Shown: one piece after another, positions 23,001-31,291 of the stretch
Layout of the letters: every line of letters begins with the position of its first letter
Position numbering within the stretch: the stretch's first letter is position 1
Translations under genes and position numbers: made by a program
Assembly: GCA_943704425.1 (NCBI GenBank)
Contig: CALSCP010002817.1
Span: 1 to 34,655 of the forward strand
Origin: Ministeria vibrans ATCC 50519
Lineage: Eukaryota > Protista > Filasterea
Length of the DNA stretch: 34,655 nt
Reading direction: 5' to 3'
The notes under the pieces: generated by a model
The model's database searches: none
The model's input: the letters and a program-made list of their open reading frames with translations, nothing else
Told to the model about the DNA's origin: nothing

Positions 23001-26000
23001 TCGGGCTACCAGGGAACCCTATGCCAGCTCAACATTGACGAGTGTGCCTCCAATCCGTGTGCCAATGCCGGAACATGTATCGATCAAATTGCGGGCTACA
23101 CCTGTGCGTGTGCGGCCGGTTTCACGGGAACACATTGTGCCGACAACATTGACGAGTGTGCTTCGCAGCCTTGTTTGTTTAGCGGTACCTGTGTAGACCA
23201 TGTGGATAGCTACACGTGCCAGTGTGCGGCCGGTCGTTCGGGCCCAACTTGTGGCGTTGATGTGAACGAGTGCGCGTCGTCACCCTGTCGCAACGGTGCG
23301 TCGTGCTTTGAAACGGTCAATTTTTACCGCTGCTTCTGTATCGCGGGCTTCACCGGCCCGCACTGCGAGTCGGACATTGACGAGTGCGCTTCGAGTCCGT
23401 GCGTGCATGGAGCCACCTGCACCAACGGCGCTGCATCGCACTCGTGTACGTGTGCCGATGGCTACACGGGCACACAGTGTGAGACGGAGTTGTTTGAGTG
23501 TGCGAGCAGTCCGTGCCAGAACGGCGCCTCGTGCGCCGACGGCATTGACTCGTATGTGTGTGCGTGCTCAACCGGTTTCCATGGTGTCCACTGTACGACA
23601 GACATTGACGAGTGTGCGAGTAGTCCGTGCCAGAACGGTGCCTCTTGCACCGATGGCATTGGTTCGTTTGTGTGCGTGTGCGAACCCGGATTCAGCGGTT
23701 CTCTGTGCGACACCAATGTGCTCGAGTGTGACTCGACGCCTTGCATGAACGGTGCGACGTGCATTGACGCGGTCAATCAGTACACATGTCAGTGTCGTGC
23801 GGGTTTCACGGGCGTTGTGTGCCAGACCAACGTTGACGAGTGCGCGTCGCAACCGTGTTTGAATGGCGCTTTCTGTGCCGATGGAAGCGACAGCTTTGCG
23901 TGTGGCTGTGTGGTCGGATTTGCTGGGGTGCGCTGTGAGACCAATGTGAACGAGTGTGGTTCGAACCCGTGCCAGAATGGCGCAACCTGCTTGGACGGCA
24001 TTGCATCGTATGTGTGCGTGTGTCGCTCGGGGTTTACGGGCGTCAACTGTGCGCAGGACATTAGCGAGTGTGCCTCATTCCCGTGCCTCAATCAAGGTGT
24101 GTGTACGGATCGCGTGGATGCCTTTGCCTGCGCGTGCCCCGCCGGCTACACGGGCGTACAATGCGAGACAGACATCAACGAATGTGTCTCGTCGCCCTGC
24201 CAACATGGTGCGTCCTGTGAAAATCTGGTGAATTCCTTTGCCTGTACGTGTGTGCCCGGGTTTGCGGGCGAAGCGTGCGAGACGAACGTTGACGAGTGTG
24301 CGAGTCAGCCGTGCGTGAATGGCGGCACTTGTTCGGACGCCATCAACGCCTTTGTCTGTTCGTGTGTCGACGGCTTCTTCGGGGCGCGTTGCGAGACCAA
24401 TGTGAACGAGTGTGGCTCGTCGCCTTGCCGCAACGGTGGCACATGCACAGACATTGTCAATGGCTATCAATGCACATGTGTCGCGGGCTATACGGGTGCG
24501 CAGTGTGCACAGGACATTAACGAGTGCGACTCGGACCCCTGTGTCAATGGCGGAATTTGTTCGGATGCCATTGGATTCTTCACGTGTACATGTCAAGCGG
24601 GCTTTACCGGCACCCAGTGTGAGAGTGACATTGACGAGTGTGCCTCGTCGCCGTGTCAACATGGTGCGCCGTGCATTGAGCAGCCGCTGCGTGTGCGCGC
24701 GGGTCTGAGTGCATTTGTGCGCGAAGACTTGTCGGTAGTGTCGTCGCAGACGGTGACCATCGGTTGGACGTTTGTGGCGCTGACCAATGCAAGTGTGTAC
24801 GCTCTGGGCTACTACGACCACGACAGTCTGATTGTGAAGGGGGTCGCACTCGACGGTGGTCTGCAGACGGCGCATGCCGTTTCATTGTGGGACCTCACGT
24901 TGGACACGTTCGTGTCGCAAGTGACTGTTCCCGCCAGCACCAGTGCGACGATGTACTACAACGAGTTTTACTACGAGACGACAAGTGTGCCCGTGACGCT
25001 GACGGCAGGACACACGTACGCCCTTGCCGCCGAGGTACCCGCCAACAGTGGTGACAAGTACGCCGTGACCGCCACGAGCTCGGCCTACTCGAACGACGTG
25101 GCACAGCTCGAACGTTTCCGCTGCGCTCAGCAGAGTGCGAGTGTAAATCCCGCCGTGTGTATTGCGACGACCGCCGACTCGGCTGCTGTGGGTCGCTTTG
25201 GGCCCAACATTTTGTTGCGTGAAGTGGTGCCCAACGTTGACTATTATGAGTGCGCCTGTGCCTTGGGCTACACGGGGCTCAACTGCGAGACGTCTATTGA
25301 CGAGTGTGCGTCGATGCCGTGCACCAACGGTGGAACGTGTACAGATCAAGTGGGTGCCTTTGAGTGTGCATGTGTGGCAGGGTTTACCGGTTTGCGATGC
25401 GAGACAAACATTGACGAGTGCCTCAGTGGTCAGGAGTGCTCGGGCATGTGGATTGCGGACCAAGGACTCACGGTGACGCGAGGAGGCATGGCTGTGGTGC
25501 ACAGCGGTGCGCCTGCGGGTACCTGGTTGCGGGCGTACTGGCCGCAACCGCTGTCTGCCGGTCGCTTCTCATGGTCCATTCAAGTGACGGCTCTCGAGAA
25601 CTGTCCCGAGTCCGAGTGGGACATTCAGATTGGTGTGGCACGCGAGTCGGATCTCAACGACACGATGCGCTTTGTCTCGTTTAGCGGCTATGCCTACCTT
25701 GCGGAGAATGGCCATCGTGCCGGGTTTGGGCTCACCTCGTCTCCCTATGCAGGCGTGACGTATGGCGCAGGAGATGTGATTGAGGTTGAGATTGACTTTG
25801 AGTTGGACACGCTGTCGTTTTCGCGCAATGGTGTCTTCTTGGGCACCGCATTTGCGTTGCTTGCCAGTGGCAACTACCTGCCCGCCGTGTCGCTTGCGTG
25901 TCCGGGCGCTACCGTTGAGCTGGTGGACACGGGTGTGCTTAATGCAGTCTCGTGCACGCCTGCGTCGCCCTGTGGCAACGGTGCGGCGTGCTTCGACGGC

Positions 26001-29000
26001 CTCGACTCACACGTGTGTGCGTGCTCTGCTGGCTACACGGGATTGTTGTGCGAGACGGAAATTGACGAGTGTGCAAGCTCGCCGTGCTCCAATGCCGCGA
26101 CCTGTGTGGACTTGGTGGGGGCTTTTGCGTGTGAGTGTCTGACGGGCTTTGAGGGAGAGTTGTGTGAGAAGGACATTGACGAGTGTGCGAGTTCGCCGTG
26201 TGCCTTTGGCTCGGCCTGCCTGCACGGCACCAATCTGTTTGTGTGTCAGTGTGTGGCGGGGGTTACGGGCGAACAATGCGAAACGAATTTGGACGAATGT
26301 TCCTCCAATCCGTGTGCGCACGGCGCCACTTGCAACGACCTGGTGAATGCTTACACGTGCACATGTCCTTTGGGTTACACCGGTGTGCACTGTGAGACAG
26401 ACCTGGACGAGTGCGCGTCGAGTCCGTGTGCCAATGATGGCTCTTGTGGTCAGACAATTGTTGGCACCTTTGTGTGTGTGTGCTCGGCAGGGTTTACAGG
26501 CGCAACGTGTGCGCAGAACGTTGATGAGTGTGCGAGTGTGCCGTGTTTGCATGGTGGCACATGTGTTGATGCAATCCATGCCTACGAGTGTGTGTGTGCC
26601 ATGGGCTACACGGGCGTGCACTGCGAGGTGGACGTGGACGAGTGTGCTTCGAGTCCGTGTGCCAATGGTGGCGTGTGCTCCGACGAGATTGGTGCATTTT
26701 CGTGTGCGTGTGCTGCGGGATATACGGGCGTGCGATGCGACGGCGACAAGGACGAGTGTGCAAGCTCGCCCTGCGTACATGGACTCTGCGCCGATGGCAT
26801 TGACTCGTACTCCTGTTCGTGCGCAGTGGGCTTCACGGGTGTGCACTGTGAGACGGACATTGACGAGTGTGTTTCGAGTCCGTGTGCCCAAGGCGCAGTG
26901 TGCTCGACACCGCTGCTGGGCGCTTTTCACTGCGCGTGTCCCACGGGCTTCACTGGTGTGTCGTGTGCCGTTGACATTGACGATTGTGCGAGTGCACCGT
27001 GTGCCAATGGCGCGACGTGTTTGGACGGCACTGCGTCCTACACATGTCTCTGTGACGCCACCCACGACGGTGTGCACTGCGAGCGTACACTTATCAAGCG
27101 TGTGTGCGTGCTTGATGTCAACGACACACTCTCGACCACCCCCGAGTACGCACAGCCCTTTAGCATTGATGGCTCACTTTCGGCCGTGCGCATGTCAGCG
27201 ACAGACGTGTTCAATGTGCCGGCTGCCGACGCACCGACGCTGCCCATGAGTGGATTTTCCATTGGTGGGTGGGTCCAACAGGACGCAAACAATTTGGGCT
27301 GGCTCATGATCAAGTCGGATACGGTTGGAAGCTTCCGTCGCTTCTTTGGCGTCTTTCTGCACGGCGTGCGCGACGAACTCTGGTTTGTGTATCTGGCTCC
27401 TAATGGAACAACATTTATTCAGGAGGAATTTGCGCACGCTGCGATTGACGATGGCGCCTGGCATCACATTCTGGTGCGCTATTCGATTGTCAATGCGGCA
27501 GTTGAGGTGTTTGTGGATGGCGTTCCAGTGGGGTCTGCGGCAGTGCTCGCGGGGCTAGACGAGGGCGCTGCGGGTGAGCCGCTGACAGTGGGACGACGTC
27601 CACATGATGCGTTTGGCTACGCGGGCCTCATTGCGGATGTGGTGTTGTCGTCGGAGGAGACGGTAAGTGCCTGCGCACTGTCGGCGACGTGTCCCACACG
27701 CGTGCACATGTGTGGCACGCGTGGCACGTGTCTCGACGCCAACGGTGGAGGGTTCATGTGTGCCTGTGACGCGGGTCTGACGGGTCAGTGGTGTGACGAA
27801 GATGTGCGCGAGTGTGAATCGAATCCATGTGTGAATGGTGCCACCTGTGTCGAGGACGCGATGGTGCTTAATGCAATGCAGTGCGACTGTCCCGTTGGGT
27901 TCACCGGGGTGTTCTGTGAGGAGAACATTGACGAGTGTGCGAGTGGTCCGTGTGCGAGTGGCAGTACTTGCCACGATGGTGTGGACTCGTACGTGTGCGT
28001 GTGTGCTCAAGGGTTCTTTGGCGTGGCGTGCGAGACGAATGTCGACGAGTGCGCGAGCGGGCCCTGTGTGAATGGTGCAACATGTGTGGACGGCAGCAAT
28101 GGCTATGTGTGCGCGTGTACGCAGGGCTACACTGGGTTGGCATGCGAGACGGATATTGACGAGTGTGTGTCGCAGCCGTGCACTGTGGGTGTGTGCTTGG
28201 ATGAGGTAGGTGCATTCACGTGTGCCTGTCCTGTCGGCTTTACGGGCGATCTGTGTGAGTCGGACTTGGACGAGTGTTTGAGCTCACCATGCACCAATGG
28301 CGCCACCTGCATGAACAGCGTGGGATTTTTTGCGTGTGCATGTGCGCTTGGGTTTACGGGCACGTCGTGCGAGACGGACATTGACGAGTGTGCGAGCTCG
28401 CCGTGTGTAAACGGTGCGACGTGCTTGGAGGAGTCTATGAGTGGCGCTTTTGACTGTCTCTGTGTGCCGGGCTACACTGGTGCGTCATGTGAGACGAACA
28501 TTGACGAGTGTGCCAGTGGACCGTGTGCGAATGGCGCGACATGTGTGGACGCTGTGGAGGGGTTCACGTGTGCGTGCGGCGATGGTTTCCTTGGGGAGCG
28601 CTGTGAGACAGACGTGGACGAGTGCACGAGTGCACCCTGTGTGAATGGCGCAACGTGCCTGAACGAGCCGGGTCGCTTTACGTGTGTGTGTGCTGCGGGA
28701 TTCTTTGGCGTGCAGTGCAGCAGTGAGGTGGATGCGTGCTCGTCAATGCCATGTGCCTCGGGTGCAACGTGTGTGCAGGTGCAGAGTGCCTATACGTGCG
28801 TGTGTCCATTGGGCATGACGGGTGCGACGTGTGATATAGATATTGACGAGTGTGTCTCGGCGCCCTGTCAGAATGCGGGCACGTGTGTGAATGGAGCGGG
28901 TGCCTTTGCGTGCATTTGCACCGACGCGTTTGTGGGCAATTTGTGTGAGGACGCAGTGGATGCGTGCGCGAGCAGTCCGTGTGCCTCGACGGGTCTGTGT

Positions 29001-31088
29001 ACCAACGTGGTCAACGTCGACGTGGGCTTCCTGTGCACCTGCGATGACGGCTACACAGGGGTGCGGTGCGAGAGTAAAGTGGACGAGTGTGCGTCAAGCC
29101 CGTGTGCTAATGGCGGCAGCTGTACCAACCTGCTCGATGGCTATGTGTGTACATGTGTGGCGGGTCTCACGGGCGCACAGTGTGCGGACGAGTGTGCATC
29201 GAGTCCGTGTGCTAATGGTGCAACGTGTGTAGACGGCGTCACCAGTGCCATGTGTGTTTGCGCTGCGGGCTACACGGGCGCACAGTGTGCGGTGAATGTG
29301 GACGAGTGTGCATCGAATCCTTGTGCCAATGGCGGCACCTGTGTCGACGGCGTCAACGGCTTTGCGTGTCAGTGCACCGCCGACTTTGTCGGCAACACCT
29401 GTTCGTTTGTGGTAGATCCCTGCTCGAGCAGCCCATGCGCCTTCGCCGGCACGACCATGTGTGTGGTGAACAGTCCCTTTGTTGGCTTTGGCTGTTTGTG
29501 TCGCACCGGCTACACGGGCGACCTGTGCGAGTCGGACATTGACGAGTGCGCGAGCAGTCCGTGTCAGAATAGCGCCACCTGCGAACAAAGTGGATCCGTG
29601 GGCACATTTACGTGTGTGTGTGCGTCGGGATACAGCGGCACGGAGTGTGCGGTGGACGTTGACGAGTGTGCGAGCAACCCGTGTCGCAATGGAGCGACGT
29701 GTGTGGACGCAGTCGATGCATTTACGTGCCTGTGCACAGCAGCGTACGCGGGCGACACGTGCGAGATGGTCGTAGACGGCTGTGACTCGTCACCTTGTGC
29801 CAATGGAGCAACGTGCCTGCGCGACAACATGGCGGGTGCATGGTCGTGTGCGTGCGCGACGGACTATACGGGCAGCGCGTGCGAGGTACCCATTGACCGT
29901 TGTAAATCGTCGCCGTGCGCGAATGGGGGCACGTGCACTCTGCAGGGCACCGGCTTCACGTGCACATGTGCCAGTGGGTTTGAGGGTGCAACATGCACGA
30001 CGGACGTGATGCCGTGCCGTAGCAGCCCCTGTGCCAATGGCGGCACATGTGTGCGTACGGGTGGCGGTCTCTCGTACTTTTGCGTGTGCGCCAGCGGTCT
30101 GACGGGCGTCAGCTGCGAGAGCCATGTGGACGAGTGCTTGTCGTCGCCGTGCCTCAACGGCGGTTTCTGCAAGGCGGCCACGAGCGGCACGGGTTACGTG
30201 TGCGAATGCCCACCGGGTCTCGGCGGAGCACACTGCTCGGCGTGCTCAAGCAATCCTTGCGGCAACGGCGGCACTTGTGTCGAGGCAAATGGTGGTACAA
30301 CTTTCACGTGTACGTGTGCCTCGGGCTGGTCGGGTGCGGTGTGCGAGTCGGATATGGACGAGTGTGCAAGCTCGCCGTGTCAGAATGGCGGAGTGTGCGT
30401 CGACGAGGTGGACGCCTTCTCGTGCACCTGTCCCGCCAATGTTACAGGCACCTTCTGTGACCTGGTGGGTTCACCCTTGGGCACCGGCTCGAGTGGCACT
30501 GCATCATGGGTGGTCCCTGTGGCGCTGATCCTTGCGTTACTGCTGCTTCTTCTACTGCTTCTGCTGCTGTGTGTGTGCTGCCGCAAGCGCAACAAGACAC
30601 AGGTGGCCGAGGTAGAAGATGCACTTGCGACGGCCGCCATGACACCTTCGGGTCCCGTTCTCTACTGCCTGACCGACCTTAATGACTCGCGTCCGTACCA
30701 CGCGGCTGAGGGACGACGTCCCAGCAACCTGTCACAGTTGTCGCAGAACAACTTTGTCGGCGGTGGCTTTGCAGGAGCGGACGATGTGGGCGACCAGCTA
30801 AACGTGACGGCATCGAGCATGAACGATACGCTGCGTGACGGGGCCTACAATGTGGCGGCGGCAGAGCAGACACACGCGGCGCTGCAACGTGCGGCGAGTG
30901 GACAGTCTGCGGTGCAGCGACAGTCATCGTCGGTAGAGCAGTTTATCACAAAGATTGCGGTACAGGAGGAGGAGGTGACGGAGGAGGCGTGGAGCTCGGG
31001 TGGGGAGTACGAGGACGATGGAGAGGAATACGAGGAGAGCTATCCGCGATGGGTGCCCTCTGCGAACCTCAATGAGACCAATGTGTGA
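4238..31088 (+). CDS. Giant type-I transmembrane EGF-repeat protein (Notch/fibropellin/Crumbs-like ectodomain), about 8,580 aa after closing gaps
   Basis: Exon 1 is 4238-4334 (signal peptide [29 protein letters not shown]|QTP), exon 2 is 4899-5026, exon 3 is 5150-31088. Removing 98 N plus the 111-bp duplicated flank at each gap joins ORFs 4850, 8404 and 18492 in one frame (25,746 nt). The repeats are 38-aa calcium-binding EGF modules (D/N-I-D/N-E-C...). TM helix at 30507-30581; stop at 31086-31088. Confidence 0.88.
4690..4753 (+). pseudogene. nad5: NUMT: fragment of mitochondrial NADH dehydrogenase subunit 5 in intron 1
   Basis: TTA GGA TTA CAT ACA TGA TTA CCT GAT GCT ATG GAA GCT CCT ACT CCT GTT TCA GCT TTA ATC translates as LGLHT(W)[15 protein letters not shown], the conserved ND5/NuoL motif, with TGA at the invariant Trp. 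Third positions are almost all A/T. It abuts a 9-N gap at 4755-4763. Confidence 0.85.
4899..5450 (+). other. PA14 (putative carbohydrate-binding) domain at the N-terminus of the giant protein
   Basis: After splicing: [13 protein letters not shown]...VNFF...[33 protein letters not shown]...[26 protein letters not shown]...EVIP. This matches the PA14 pattern, including the DD motif. Confidence 0.85.
5033..5095 (+). repeat. (GA)n/(GACA)n microsatellite in intron 2 of the giant gene
   Basis: Direct reading. It lies in the 123-nt in-frame intron 5027-5149 (GTAAGA...CTCAG). Confidence 0.9.
6440..7024 (+). other. ~195-aa non-EGF beta-rich domain inserted between Cys3 and Cys4 of one EGF module
   Basis: [12 protein letters not shown] (Cys3 at 6431), then about 200 aa, then [15 protein letters not shown] (Cys4 at 7037). 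Insert motifs: [44 protein letters not shown]. Confidence 0.75.
8425..8522. other. Assembly gap (98 N) with overlapping flanks
   Basis: 8314-8424 is identical to 8523-8633 (111 bp). Confidence 0.95.
8523..9155 (+). repeat. Near-identical intragenic duplication, copy A (copy B at 10575-11207)
   Basis: About 630 bp match at offset 2052 bp (18 x 114 bp). I noticed only one difference (GACCAT vs GACCAC). A second tract, ~9227-9355, matches ~11279-11407 at the same offset. Confidence 0.9.
18592..18689. other. Assembly gap (98 N) with overlapping flanks
   Basis: 18481-18591 is identical to 18690-18800 (111 bp). Confidence 0.95.
18691..19017 (+). repeat. Near-identical intragenic duplication, copy A (copy B at 24286-24612)
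   Basis: 327 bp match at offset 5595 bp, with one difference noticed (CATAGAC vs CACAGAC). The ORF track shows identical shadow ORFs at 18701 and 24296. Confidence 0.9.
24684..25240 (+). other. DUF4082-like domain inserted between Cys3 and Cys4 of one EGF module
   Basis: [12 protein letters not shown] (Cys3 at 24672), then about 192 aa, then [15 protein letters not shown] (Cys4 at 25251). Insert motifs: [38 protein letters not shown]. Confidence 0.65.
25440..25950 (+). other. SPRY/B30.2-like domain embedded between Cys1 and Cys2 of an EGF module
   Basis: [46 protein letters not shown] and YLPAVSL are the typical SPRY strand motifs. The flanks are DECLSGQEC and [14 protein letters not shown]. 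Confidence 0.8.
27081..27680 (+). other. Laminin G-like / concanavalin A-like jelly-roll domain between EGF modules
   Basis: [33 protein letters not shown] and GYAGLIADV match the LamG-like pattern. Confidence 0.8.
30507..31088 (+). other. Transmembrane helix, juxtamembrane Cys cluster and 168-aa cytoplasmic tail
   Basis: [25 protein letters not shown] followed by basic RKRNK; acidic Tyr cluster [13 protein letters not shown]; C-terminus NETNV*. Confidence 0.9.
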
Positions 31089-31092
31089 TGAC

Positions 31093-31200
31093 GAAGAGAG
31101 AGAGAGAGAGTGTGTGTGTGAGAGAGAGAGAGTGACAGAGCGAGAGAGAGAGAGAAAGAAAAAAGATTTAAAGTGACAGAGAGAGAGAAAGGGAGAGAGA
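31093..31200 (+). repeat. (GA)n/(GT)n microsatellite just 3' of the giant gene stop
   Basis: Direct reading. Confidence 0.9.
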
Positions 31201-31291
31201 GTGATAGATGTATAATATTCAACAATTCAGTGCGTGTGAGTAAAAACATAAAGAAACGGATTTATATACAAAAGAAATGAAAAATGGGGGT

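Noticed and set aside
5264-30927. Dozens of overlapping alternative-frame and antisense ORFs across the EGF array
   Set aside because: Shadow ORFs caused by repetitive GC-rich Cys/Gly/Ala/Thr codons. They show no independent motifs and repeat in step with the EGF units.
4238-31088. Calling the giant protein Notch, Crumbs or fibropellin
   Set aside because: No LNR/NOD/ankyrin domains, no ERLI-type short Crumbs tail and no CUB/avidin domains. Only the EGF type is shared, so no gene symbol is given.
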